Assembly: GCA_021325175.1 (NCBI GenBank)
Contig: JAJPHS010000127.1
Span: 12,909-76,908 of the forward strand
Direction: 5' to 3'
From: Terriglobia bacterium
GTDB lineage: Bacteria; Acidobacteriota; Terriglobia; Bryobacterales; Bryobacteraceae
DNA length: 64,000 nucleotides
The notes under the pieces were generated by a model that was not told the origin of the DNA, ran no database searches, and worked only from the letters and a program-made list of their open reading frames with translations. Every line of letters starts with the position of its first letter. The stretch's first letter is position 1. Positions 1 to 9,076 of the stretch are shown here, piece after piece. The translations under genes and the position numbers were made by a program.

Positions 1-594
1 CTTCCAGCGATGGTCCAGCACGATGGTCAGCGGGCACCACACCAGCAGCACCGCGACCATCACGGTGGTAATCTGCATGATCCGCAGCGCTTTGCCGCTC
101 GATTCGTGAACGCCCTTGATATTGGTCCACCAAAAATATAAGGTCACCAGCACGGCGACGCCCGCGGCGAACGTATTGGTGTTCACGTGAACATTTTCGT
201 GCAGCAGATCGCTGATCTCGTTGAGCAGCGCTCCCAGATACTGCCCCGCGCTCACGACGCTGATCGGGCCGGTGAGGATGTAATCGAAAACCAGCGAGGA
301 AACCGAGAATTTCGCGGCGATCGGTCCCATGCTGTCGTGGACCACCACGTACACGCCGCCGCGCACGAACATGGAGCAGCTTTCCATGTACACGCTGCGC
401 ACCGCGAAGCTGAACAACATGACTCCGAGGACGAACCACGGCGCCGATTTGCCAATCGCCTGCTCCGCCGCCCCGCCGGCGTAGAACATGGACGAAGCCA
501 AATCGCTCAGAACGATCGCGGCGCCGCGCCAGAAGCTGATAAAGGAGAGCGCCACCGTCGTCGCCACCACAACTTTGGACATCGACGATGGCAT
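1..594 (-). CDS. APC-family amino acid permease, N-terminal part (gene continues past the left edge)
   Basis: Own translation of the minus strand from ATG at 594: MPSSMSKVVVATTVALSFISFWRGAAIVLSDLASSMFYAGGAAEQAIGKSAPWFVLGVMLFSF... It gives 198 uninterrupted codons to position 1, several hydrophobic helices and G/C-rich third positions. It is absent from the ORF track because there is no stop in the window. Track ORF 187..597(+) is its Arg/His-rich shadow. Confidence 0.6.
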   Translation of the reverse strand, partial: MPSSMSKVVVATTVALSFISFWRGAAIVLSDLASSMFYAGGAAEQAIGKSAPWFVLGVMLFSFAVRSVYMESCSMFVRGGVYVVVHDSMGPIAAKFSVSSLVFDYILTGPISVVSAGQYLGALLNEISDLLHENVHVNTNTFAAGVAVLVTLYFWWTNIKGVHESSGKALRIMQITTVMVAVLLVWCPLTIVLDHRWK

Positions 595-741
595 TGAGCC
601 GTCTTGTGAAGGCATCAGAACCTCTTATGGTACGACAGTGAAGAGCGGCAATTCCCATCTCCGTCTTCCGCCGTTCCTCAGCTTCGCTCCTCCGCCTGAT
701 AGAATCGTAACTTCCTTCATTTCAACCCAAGGAGAAAGCAA

Positions 742-1638
742 TTGGCACAACTCGGATTTTTGGGGCTGGGAATCATGGGCTATCCAATGGCGCAGCACCT
801 GGTCAAGAGCGGAAACCAGGTCGCGCTCTGGTCGCATAACGCGGGCAAGGCAAAGGAGCTTGCAAAGGACGGCAAAGCAACCGCCTGCGCCACGCCCAAA
901 CAAGTTGCCGAAAACGCCGATTTTATCTTCTATTGCGTCGGCGATAATGCGATGGCGCGGCAAGTGACGCTGGGCGCGGATGGTTTGATCGAAGGCGTGC
1001 GCCGCAACGCAGTGATCGCCGATTGCAGCACCATTGCGCCTTCGGTGAGCCGCGAAATCGGCGCCGCGTTCGCCCAAAAAGGCGCGCGATTCCTGGATAC
1101 GCCTTGCACCGGTTCGAAACCCGGAGCAGAAGGCGCGACGCTTACGTTTATGATCGGCGGCGACAAGGCCGCTTACGACGCGATAAAGCCTTATCTCGAT
1201 CTGATGGGCAAAATGTTTTATTACTGCGGCGGTCCCGGCCAGGGTCTGCAAGCCAAGCTGACCCAAAATCTGATCCTCGCCAATATCATGCAAGCGTTCG
1301 CCGAGGGCATGGTGCTCGCCACCAAGGGTGGTGTCGCGCCGGAGCTGATGCTCGAAATTCTGAACAATAGCGCGGCCAAAAGCGGGCTCATCTCCTATAA
1401 GGCGCCGTTTATCTTCAATCGCGATTTTCAAACCAATTTTGCCTTGAAATGGATGGCCAAGGATGTGGGGCTCGCGCTCGAAACGGGCAAGGCGATGAAC
1501 GTCCCGCTGCCGGCGACCGCGCTTACCGAACAGATGATGCGCGCCGCCATGGCGTCGGGCTACGCGGAAGACGATTTTTGTTCCACGATCCGGGTTTTGG
1601 AAGATTGGACCGGGGTGACGGTGCAAAAGCAGGGCTAA
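742..1638 (+). CDS. NAD(P)-dependent oxidoreductase, 3-hydroxyisobutyrate dehydrogenase (HIBADH) family
   Basis: 298 aa with N-terminal Rossmann motif GFLGLGIMGYPMA. Full-length resemblance to beta-hydroxyacid dehydrogenases. Confidence 0.85.
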   Translation: MAQLGFLGLGIMGYPMAQHLVKSGNQVALWSHNAGKAKELAKDGKATACATPKQVAENADFIFYCVGDNAMARQVTLGADGLIEGVRRNAVIADCSTIAPSVSREIGAAFAQKGARFLDTPCTGSKPGAEGATLTFMIGGDKAAYDAIKPYLDLMGKMFYYCGGPGQGLQAKLTQNLILANIMQAFAEGMVLATKGGVAPELMLEILNNSAAKSGLISYKAPFIFNRDFQTNFALKWMAKDVGLALETGKAMNVPLPATALTEQMMRAAMASGYAEDDFCSTIRVLEDWTGVTVQKQG

Positions 1639-1744
1639 GAGAATTCCCTGAGTGGTAAGAAAGCGGCTGTGGCGGTCCTAATTTCCTGTAAACAATGGCA
1701 GCTAATCGTGATTAAAAAATATTAGCCGACGTCTACAAAAAACT

Positions 1745-1774
1745 GTTGCAATCCCGATCTCTGTATATTAATAT
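1745..1774 (+). promoter_or_regulatory. Putative sigma70-type promoter upstream of dxr leader
   Basis: TTGCAA (1745-1750), 18-nt spacer, TAATAT (1769-1774). A-tracts lie immediately upstream (1711-1744). Confidence 0.4.
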
Positions 1775-1780
1775 TGGAAT

Positions 1781-1925
1781 TAAGCCGGGGAGGAAACTCC
1801 CACCAAAGCGAGACTAACCTCATTAAAGACCCCTGAAGCAAACCTCCCCGGCGCCCCTCTGGGGTACCCGTTTCTAAAGAGGTTCAGGCGGTTTGAGGTA
1901 CCCGGAAACTGCTATTATCAGGCAA
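1781..1925 (+). ncRNA. Candidate structured 5' leader / cis-regulatory RNA upstream of dxr (class unknown)
   Basis: 10-bp perfect helix GCCGGGGAGG (1784-1793) / CCTCCCCGGC (1843-1852). Competing local hairpin GGGAG-GAAA-CTCCC (1788-1801). CCCC-TCT-GGGG hairpin (1854-1864). GGGTACC (1862-1868) can pair with GGTACCC (1897-1903). Confidence 0.3.
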
Positions 1926-3128
1926 GTGGATCTGCTTACGCTTTTGGGTTCTACGGGTTCAATTGGGACCAGTACGTTGGATGTGGTCCGGCGCTGGCCG
2001 CACCGTTTTGGAGTTTACGCGCTGGCGGCCGGACGTAACGTTTCCCTTCTCGCCGATCAGATCGCAGAATTTCGACCCCAAGTCGCCGTTGTCGCCGATC
2101 CAGGCGCTCTCAACGAACTCGCCGCGATTCTAAAAGCCAGAAACATCAAAGCTCCCGAGCTGGCCTGCGGGCCCGAAGCGCGTGTCGCCGTAGCGGTTGC
2201 GCCGGAGGCTTCCATCGTCATGTCGGCGATCGTCGGCGTTGAGGGACTCGAAGCGACGTACGAAGCCGTTCGCCGCGCGAAACGTGTCGGGCTGGCAAAC
2301 AAAGAGGTCCTGGTCGCGAGCGGGGCCTTGGTGATCGCCGCCGCGCGATCCTCCGGGGCGGAATTAATCCCGGTCGATAGCGAGCATAATGGGGCTCATC
2401 AGAGCTTGCGCGCCGGACAGAGGCGCGAAGTCGCAAAATTGATCCTGACGGCCTCCGGCGGACCATTTCGCGAGACTCCCGCGGCCGAGCTCGCCCGGGT
2501 GACGCCGGAGCAGGCTTTAAATCATCCAACATGGAGGATGGGAAAGCGAATCACCATCGATTCGGCGACATTGATGAATAAGGGTTTTGAAGTCATCGAA
2601 GCCTGCTGGCTTTTCGATCTTCAGCCGAAAGAAATCGAAGTGGTGATCCATCCCCAATCGAAGATTCACGCCATGGTGGAGTACGCCGATGGCAGCGTAA
2701 TTGCCCAAATTTCAGCGACAGATATGCGGCTGCCCATCCAATACGCGCTGACGTATCCGGAAAGAGCCGATGCGCCTGTGCCGCGGCTCGATTGGAGGGA
2801 ATCGGCGCGATGGACGTTCGATCCGCCGGATTGGAAGAAATTTCCGTTATTGAAGCTGGCCTACGAGGCTCAGGAAGCGGGCGGATCGTCCACGGCAACT
2901 TTGAATGCCGCTGACGAAATCGCGGTGGAGGCCTTTCTTTCGGGACAGATCCCGTTTCCGGCCATCGCGGCCACCGTGGCCGAAACATTGCAGCGTGTTC
3001 CGCGGCGCGAGCCCAAGTCGGTACAGGAAGTACTTGAATTGGATCGCCTTTCGCGGCAAAAGGCGCGTAACATTATAGAGACGAGGTGGGGTGTCAGGCT
3101 CCCGAACGAGGCTGCCGTCCGCGCGTAA
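1926..3128 (+). CDS. dxr: 1-deoxy-D-xylulose 5-phosphate reductoisomerase
   Basis: Motifs LLGSTGSIGTSTLDVV, LANKE and PVDSEHNGAHQSL. The ORF opens at TTG 1893, but GTG 1926 gives (M)DLLTLLGSTGSIG, matching the usual Dxr N-terminus. Confidence 0.93.
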   Translation: MDLLTLLGSTGSIGTSTLDVVRRWPHRFGVYALAAGRNVSLLADQIAEFRPQVAVVADPGALNELAAILKARNIKAPELACGPEARVAVAVAPEASIVMSAIVGVEGLEATYEAVRRAKRVGLANKEVLVASGALVIAAARSSGAELIPVDSEHNGAHQSLRAGQRREVAKLILTASGGPFRETPAAELARVTPEQALNHPTWRMGKRITIDSATLMNKGFEVIEACWLFDLQPKEIEVVIHPQSKIHAMVEYADGSVIAQISATDMRLPIQYALTYPERADAPVPRLDWRESARWTFDPPDWKKFPLLKLAYEAQEAGGSSTATLNAADEIAVEAFLSGQIPFPAIAATVAETLQRVPRREPKSVQEVLELDRLSRQKARNIIETRWGVRLPNEAAVRA

Positions 3129-3134
3129 CCGACT

Positions 3135-4448
3135 ATGGTCTTTTTGCAAAATGTCTGGTGGTTCCTGGTTCTGATCGGAGTGATGATCCTGCTCCATGAG
3201 CTAGGCCACTTTGTCGTTGCCAGGCTGTTCGACGTGAAAGTGGAAACTTTCAGTTTTGGCTTTGGCCCGCGGCTTTTCGGATTCAAACACGGCGAGACCG
3301 ATTTCCGTTTTTCCGCGCTGCCGATTTTAGGCGGCTACGTCAAAATGGCGGGCGATCAACCCGGAGAAGAAGCCACCGATCCGCGCAGTCTCATCGCCAA
3401 GCCGCGATGGCAGCGGTTGCTGATCACGCTGGCCGGTCCCGCGGTGAACGTGATCCTCGCCGTGATTTTGCTCACCGGGCTGTTCATGGAGCATTACCCC
3501 AAAGTGCCGACGCCACCCGATCCCGCGGTGGGATATCTGGCTCCCGATGGCGCCGCGGCGAAAGCCGGGATTCATGAAGGCGACCGCGTAGTGCAAGTGG
3601 ACAATGTCACCGATCCGAATTGGGAAGACATCGCCATGAAGGAGATGGCCAGCGCCGGACGTCCGATGCAGGTTTGGGTTTTGCGCGACGGGCAGCGGCT
3701 GCATTTCACAATCATCCCCACGCTCGATCAAAAGGACGGGATCGGCGTCGCCGGATGGGGCCAGCAAACCGAGGTTCAGGTGGGCAGCGTGGCGCCGGGG
3801 ACGGAAGCGCAGCGGGTGGGACTTCAGCGCGGCGATGTTCTGTTGAGCGCCAACGGCGAGCCGCTGCGATCGGTCTCGCGGCTCTATGAAATCGAGAAGG
3901 CCACCGAAGGGAAGCCGATCCAGCTTGAATACTCCCGCAAGGGCCAAATCCACCGTGTGATGGTCACGCCGGTGAAGAGCGAAGTGGATGGCCAGCAGCG
4001 CTGGATGATCGGCCTGACCGTGGAGTCGCGGATCGAAATCACCAAGCTGCCGTTTCTCGCGGCCGTGAAGGAATCCTGGCGCTGGAATATGCAAAGCGCC
4101 AAGATGATTTTTCAGTTCCTTGAAGGCATGCTGGAGCGGCGCATGTCGCCGAAATCGCTGGTGGGCCCGGTGGGGATCGCCGCGATGTCGGGCGAAGCGG
4201 CTCGCGAAGGGGCGGCTTCCTACTTCAGCCTGATGGCGGCCGTGAGCCTGAATCTGGCCATCTTCAACCTGCTTCCCATTCCGATCCTCGACGGCGGCGT
4301 GATTATGATGCTGCTGGTGGAAATGCTCATGCGGCGCGAGCTCGATCTGAAGGTGAAGGAAGCGGTGGTGAAGGTCGGCTTCGTGTTTCTGATGATGGTC
4401 GTTGTATTCGTGATTTACAACGACATTTCGAAAATCTTGCCAGGCTGA
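3135..4448 (+). CDS. rseP: RIP zinc metalloprotease RseP (site-2 protease)
   Basis: HELGHFVVARLF (HExxH) in the first TM segment, central PDZ-like region, C-terminal NLLPIPILDGG motif. The dxr-rseP order is classical. Confidence 0.92.
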   Translation: MVFLQNVWWFLVLIGVMILLHELGHFVVARLFDVKVETFSFGFGPRLFGFKHGETDFRFSALPILGGYVKMAGDQPGEEATDPRSLIAKPRWQRLLITLAGPAVNVILAVILLTGLFMEHYPKVPTPPDPAVGYLAPDGAAAKAGIHEGDRVVQVDNVTDPNWEDIAMKEMASAGRPMQVWVLRDGQRLHFTIIPTLDQKDGIGVAGWGQQTEVQVGSVAPGTEAQRVGLQRGDVLLSANGEPLRSVSRLYEIEKATEGKPIQLEYSRKGQIHRVMVTPVKSEVDGQQRWMIGLTVESRIEITKLPFLAAVKESWRWNMQSAKMIFQFLEGMLERRMSPKSLVGPVGIAAMSGEAAREGAASYFSLMAAVSLNLAIFNLLPIPILDGGVIMMLLVEMLMRRELDLKVKEAVVKVGFVFLMMVVVFVIYNDISKILPG

Positions 4449-4485
4449 GCAGCCGATCCGCAAAGAGCGGCGGCGGGGCGGGCCA

Positions 4486-5688
4486 TTAACGCTGATTGGT
4501 CGCCGTTTCCTTCAGCTTCGCTCCCGCCAGATGCGCGATGGCGCCCAGCGTCGTCTGCGCCGCGTTCAATCCGAGCCGAAAATCTCCATCCGAATAGTGC
4601 GAATACACGTCGATCGGCTGATGATGCGTCGGGTCCCAGCCCGCGCCGATCTCGGGGCCGCGCTCGAGCTCGCGCAGGCTGATCGCCGCCGTCAGATCCA
4701 TGAACGGCGTTGAATCCGTGTTGGTCATGTGATTGCCGACCTGCGCCGGGTAATCCGTCGCGTACTTTTCATTCGCGTCGCGAAACGCCCAGGCGAGCTC
4801 CTGCGCCTGCGCGGCGAACTTCGAGCGCGATTGAAACTCGATGTTGACGTCCGCCTCCGGACGCTGGTGATCGCTCACCGTGCCATCGCGGCGCGGCATG
4901 CCGTGATCGAACAGCATCATATCGTGCTGGATCATTCCCAGCCATTTCGGCTCCGGATATTTGCCCGAGCCCGGCGGATCTTCCTTGCCCTGCAAATCCT
5001 TTCGCTGCTCGACGTAAGCCCGCGCGCCGTTCAGTCCCGTCTCCTCGTTGTTCCACAGCGCAAATCGCACCGAGCGTTCGGTGGTCACATCGGGGCTGCT
5101 CAAAACGCGCGCGACCTCCATCACCAGCGCGGTACCCGAGCCGTCGTCGTTGGCCGCCTCGCCCCAACCGATGCCGTCGAAATGCGCGCCGACAATATAC
5201 ATCTCCTCGGGATGCGTGGAGCCGATCTTCGTGCAGAAAACTTCCTCGCGCGGGCCGGGTGTTGAAGGCTGCGCATTCAACTCGCGCAGGCGCTGGTCCG
5301 GCTGAAGATTGGGATCGTTGTTGACGCCCACCGGCCCGCGCTCGCCTTTGATCACCGCCCCGCCCGGCGCGCTGCCGCGGCCGCCTCTTCCGCCTCGCCC
5401 GCCGCGGCCGTTTTGCGCCGGCGGAGCGTAATTGTAATGGATGCGCTCGGCAGGCGCGCAGCCGTAGCTTTTAAGCTGCGCCTCGATCCAATCCAGCGCC
5501 GCGCGATTGCGATCCGTACCCTGCCGGCGATCGCCGAAGCGGGTTAATCCGCGAATCGTTTCCTTATAGCGCTGCAACTGTAGCCGCCCGACCAGCGCTT
5601 TGATGGTCTCATCGGGGGCGTCCTGCGCAACAATGACCGGCGCAATAAACAAGACTCCAGCGGCGGGAAGAAAAAATCGTGTCAGCAT
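4486..5688 (-). CDS. M28-family metallo-aminopeptidase, secreted
   Basis: Signal peptide. HFDGIGWGEAANDDGSG and WNNEETGLNGA metal-ligand regions typical of peptidase M28. Contains a GRGGRGGRGGRG low-complexity insert. Confidence 0.8.
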   Translation of the reverse strand: MLTRFFLPAAGVLFIAPVIVAQDAPDETIKALVGRLQLQRYKETIRGLTRFGDRRQGTDRNRAALDWIEAQLKSYGCAPAERIHYNYAPPAQNGRGGRGGRGGRGSAPGGAVIKGERGPVGVNNDPNLQPDQRLRELNAQPSTPGPREEVFCTKIGSTHPEEMYIVGAHFDGIGWGEAANDDGSGTALVMEVARVLSSPDVTTERSVRFALWNNEETGLNGARAYVEQRKDLQGKEDPPGSGKYPEPKWLGMIQHDMMLFDHGMPRRDGTVSDHQRPEADVNIEFQSRSKFAAQAQELAWAFRDANEKYATDYPAQVGNHMTNTDSTPFMDLTAAISLRELERGPEIGAGWDPTHHQPIDVYSHYSDGDFRLGLNAAQTTLGAIAHLAGAKLKETATNQR

Positions 5689-5887
5689 CGAATTTGTTTA
5701 TTGTACGCCGGCGGCGAGCGGCCGTCACGCGCGCTGAATGTTCGCCCAAAAGCACCGATAGAGACATAAAGTCAGTTCATATACCGTAGGGAAACGGCTT
5801 TAGTTCCTCTCTACGGTACTTTTAGGTCGCGGATACTAGTATTTCCGCATCTGTTCGAAAGCTCCATTCTGTCGATACACTCATCGA

Positions 5888-6484
5888 GTGGAGAAACCGA
5901 AGGTCCATCGCGGCGCCCGAAGATCGCGGCAAAGGGGCAACACGCTGGTCGAATCGGCGCTTACGCTTATACCCACGCTGGTGATGTTTCTGGGCATCGC
6001 CGACGTCTCGCTGGTCATTTTTCTGCAAAGCACGCTGACCAACGCGACGCTTGAAGGTGTCCGCTGGGCGATCACGTTTCAATCGAGCTATAACGGCACG
6101 GATTGCTCATCCTCGCAGGCCTCCTGCATTACCAAAGTAGTTCAGGACAACTGCTACGGCTTCCTGAACAGCTACAGCAGCCTGGTCACCGTGAATTACT
6201 ACACGGCGAACGATCTGAGCAACCCGGTGGAGACGTGCAACTCGGGTACCTGCACTCAAACCGGAACGCTGCCGCAGACGCTGAGCAACGGCACCGTGGT
6301 CAAATACGCGAATCAGCCGGGAAATATCGTGCAGGTCCAGGTCTCCAATTTCCCCTGGAACTGGCTGTTCCCCGTGGCGGCGACCGGCTATCACCTGACT
6401 GCAAAGAGCATCAATCTAAACGCGTCATCCATGGACGTTCTCGGCAGCCTGGCCGTCGGCGCAACCACACCGCCGAATCCTTAG
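5888..6484 (+). CDS. TadE-like pseudopilin (Flp pilus assembly family)
   Basis: N-terminus RG/NTLVESALTLIPTLVMFLGI matches the TadV-type prepilin cleavage pattern (G, then E at +5) followed by a hydrophobic helix. GTG start. Confidence 0.7.
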   Translation: MEKPKVHRGARRSRQRGNTLVESALTLIPTLVMFLGIADVSLVIFLQSTLTNATLEGVRWAITFQSSYNGTDCSSSQASCITKVVQDNCYGFLNSYSSLVTVNYYTANDLSNPVETCNSGTCTQTGTLPQTLSNGTVVKYANQPGNIVQVQVSNFPWNWLFPVAATGYHLTAKSINLNASSMDVLGSLAVGATTPPNP

Positions 6485-6496
6485 GAGAATCCACGC

Positions 6497-7207
6497 GTGC
6501 CCATCCAAAAGAAAGAACGCGGCAACTCGGCGCTCGAATTCGCCATCGTCATGGGGATGCTGGTGCCGATGTTTGCCGGAGTAGTGACGCTCAGCCTGGC
6601 GCTGGCCCGCGACATTCAGGTGAGCAATGTGTGCCGCGACGCCGTAGTACTTATGGTGCGCGCCGTCACGGATCCCTCCTCCGGCCTGGATCTGTCACAG
6701 GCGCAGAATCAACGCATTATCGTGGCGGCGGCGAGCGGCTTGGGAATGAACTCGGACGCGCAGAATGACCCCAGCTCCACGGGCAGCGCCGTGGTCATCC
6801 TTTCGCAGGTGATTCTGGTGGGACCGCAGCAGTGCGACGTCGGCGTGGTGCCGAATCCGAGCGGCGTGCCCAATAATACTCCTCCCGATTACGGCTGGAA
6901 CTCGAGCAACTGCCCCAACTACGGGCAGTACGTCTTCGCGTACCGCGTGGTGATCGGAAACGGGACGCGTTGGTCGAGCACGTTGGGCGCTCCGCCACCG
7001 GCCGACATTCAAAGCAATGGAACAATTTCCGCCGCCAACATCGCCAAGGACACTTCCAACCGGGCGAGCAACATGGGCTCGGGCGGAGTCATTTCGCTTG
7101 CGCCGGGCAGCTATGCGCTGATTTCCGAGATGTACGCGGACGTGAGTTTCCTGAATCTGTTTTCGATTTGGCATACGCCGGTTCTTTATGCGCGCAACGT
7201 TTCCTAG
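6497..7207 (+). CDS. TadE-like pseudopilin, second copy
   Basis: N-terminus RG/NSALEFAIVMGMLVPMFAGV (G-x4-EF plus a hydrophobic helix). Lies 12 nt after the previous gene. Confidence 0.7.
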   Translation: MPIQKKERGNSALEFAIVMGMLVPMFAGVVTLSLALARDIQVSNVCRDAVVLMVRAVTDPSSGLDLSQAQNQRIIVAAASGLGMNSDAQNDPSSTGSAVVILSQVILVGPQQCDVGVVPNPSGVPNNTPPDYGWNSSNCPNYGQYVFAYRVVIGNGTRWSSTLGAPPPADIQSNGTISAANIAKDTSNRASNMGSGGVISLAPGSYALISEMYADVSFLNLFSIWHTPVLYARNVS

Positions 7208-7258
7208 GCCTGAATTGCGCGCCGGGCGCGACTTTGGAAAAACGCAGGAGACCGAGAG

Positions 7259-9076
7259 ATGAAAAACATCAACCGACAACGCCGCGGATTCACTTTGATT
7301 CTCTATGCGGTGATGCTGACGTTCATTGTGGCCTCCGCCGGCCTGGCGCTCGACGTTGGCACAATTTACATGATCCGCGCGCGGCTGTCATCGGCGGCCG
7401 ACGCCGCCGCGCTGGCGGCCGGACGGAGCGTCAATTTGGCCAATACCGTTACTCAGGCGACTGCTGCCGCGCAAAGCACAGCCAATTCATTTTTCGCAGC
7501 CAATTTCCCGACAGGATACTTCAACACAGTGGGCACTCCCACGGTGACACCGACCTTTACGCAGGAGACCGACTCTTATGGAAATCCCACCGGGGTTCTC
7601 GATATCACGGTAACGGCAAGCGTTAAGGCGCCGACCTATTTCATGAACATTTTTCGCGTCTCCAATATCACCGTCAGCGCGTCCAGCACGGCGAGCCGGC
7701 GCGGCTTGGTGATGATGCTGGTGCTGGACGAATCGAGTTCGATGAATACGCCGAGCTCGCCTACGGCCTGCGCGGTGATGCGCCAGGCCGCGCAAAACTT
7801 CATTACATTGTTCAGCCCGTTCGATTATATCGGTCTGGTGGCGTTCGATTCTACAGCTCACCTTTCGTATCCGCCGAGCACCAGTTGGGGAGACGGAACC
7901 CTGAATACGGCTATCGGCAACATCATCTGCAAGAACAACACCAACACCATCTCTGCCCTATATCTGGCCTACCAGGAAATTAAGAGCGTGGGCCTGCCTC
8001 TGGCGGAAAATACCATCGTTTTGTTTACCGATGGTTCGCCCAACGGCGTTTCCGCAGTTTTCCCCCTGCGGACTCAAAGCGATACTCGATGGAGCGGTCT
8101 CTATTCGGGAGCCCAGCAAGCCGGAGGCGTCGGGGAGGCCGATACCAATCACTGGACCAGTCTGCCCAGCGGCTGCCAAGACCAGGGGCCGGTTGATCCG
8201 TATCTGAACAGTATCGGCTATAGCGTCAACGAAGAACAGCCCTGCACGCCTCCGGTAATTTGCACCAGCGGAACCATCAGCGGAACCATCACGCAATGGG
8301 GCGATCAGGACTCCTGGGGAGCGACCACGTGGGGCCTTGCCGCTCCCACGGATTCCGACACCGCCCCTTCCTGGCCGTCGACCTGCAATAAGGGCAATGT
8401 CAAATCCTCCAACCTTCCGTCTCCGGATCAGTACAACATGAGGCACATCATCGCCTATATCCCCGATACCGACAAATACGGCAATTCGTTGCATGGAATC
8501 GCCGTGCCGACGGGTACCTCCCCGGAAGGCACTGTGACTAACGCCGCCGACGGAACACGGCGCGACACCCGCGACTATTGGCTATTTCAGACAAATAGTT
8601 ACTGCAACAGCAACGTCAGCCCGTCCTGTAAAAATGTCGGCGATCTTTGGTCCCATCACAGCAGCATCGGCTCCGGGTCGAACTTCTTTACCAGCGGCCC
8701 CTACGCGGGCCACTTTCGCCCCGACCAGCCTAATTCGATTGTAGCCGCCAGCATGAACGGCACCATGGATATGGCTAACACGATCCGCAGCGATACAACC
8801 TACCATCCGGTCATTCACGTGATTTACCTCACCGGCAATGGAACGGACTCGGTGGATCACGAATTTCTTCCGATCGTCGCCAATTTTCCGAACATCCCCG
8901 TCCTGCCCTACGACGCCGGTTACGTGGTCGGCGCCGATACGCAGCCGGTTCTCTACGCCAATCCCGCTTTCAACCCCGATCAGGAGTCGGGAAAATATTT
9001 TGTCACTGCGGACAAGAATCAGCTTACTTCGTTGTTCGCGCAGTTGGCGTCCGAAGTCCTGCGCCTCAGTAAATGA
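7259..9076 (+). CDS. TadG-like pilus-associated protein with von Willebrand factor A domain
   Basis: N-terminal RRGFTLILYAVMLTFIVASAGLALDVG (TadG-type membrane anchor). vWA MIDAS signature LVLDESSSMN. 605 aa. Confidence 0.75.
   Translation: MKNINRQRRGFTLILYAVMLTFIVASAGLALDVGTIYMIRARLSSAADAAALAAGRSVNLANTVTQATAAAQSTANSFFAANFPTGYFNTVGTPTVTPTFTQETDSYGNPTGVLDITVTASVKAPTYFMNIFRVSNITVSASSTASRRGLVMMLVLDESSSMNTPSSPTACAVMRQAAQNFITLFSPFDYIGLVAFDSTAHLSYPPSTSWGDGTLNTAIGNIICKNNTNTISALYLAYQEIKSVGLPLAENTIVLFTDGSPNGVSAVFPLRTQSDTRWSGLYSGAQQAGGVGEADTNHWTSLPSGCQDQGPVDPYLNSIGYSVNEEQPCTPPVICTSGTISGTITQWGDQDSWGATTWGLAAPTDSDTAPSWPSTCNKGNVKSSNLPSPDQYNMRHIIAYIPDTDKYGNSLHGIAVPTGTSPEGTVTNAADGTRRDTRDYWLFQTNSYCNSNVSPSCKNVGDLWSHHSSIGSGSNFFTSGPYAGHFRPDQPNSIVAASMNGTMDMANTIRSDTTYHPVIHVIYLTGNGTDSVDHEFLPIVANFPNIPVLPYDAGYVVGADTQPVLYANPAFNPDQESGKYFVTADKNQLTSLFAQLASEVLRLSK

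Noticed and set aside
625-1626. Long antisense ORFs in the track opposite clearly identified genes. Examples: 187..597(+), 625..1626(-), 3327..4463(-), 11659..12636(-), 15960..16754(-), 18511..19527(+), 28250..29332(-), 35848..36726(-), 38814..39692(-), 40125..40922(-), 43971..44717(+), 44814..45590(+), 52363..53193(+), 62676..63482(+).
   Set aside because: Their translations are Arg/His/Gly/Pro/Ala-rich with no motifs. The opposite strand encodes strong, motif-bearing proteins (HIBADH, RseP, RecA, ACAD, ADH, DnaA, GyrB, glycosyltransferases, DinG). This is the typical open shadow-frame artefact of GC-rich DNA.
1893-1925. TTG 1893 as the dxr start (track ORF).
   Set aside because: The added 11 residues (MRYPETAIIRQ) have no counterpart in Dxr and lie within the predicted leader helix. 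GTG 1926 reproduces the canonical N-terminus.
5374-5409. GRGGRGGRGGRG stretch in the M28 peptidase, considered as a DNA tandem repeat or slippage hotspot.
   Set aside because: The codons differ between units (GGC CGC GGC GGG CGA GGC GGA AGA ...). It is protein-level low complexity, not a nucleotide repeat.
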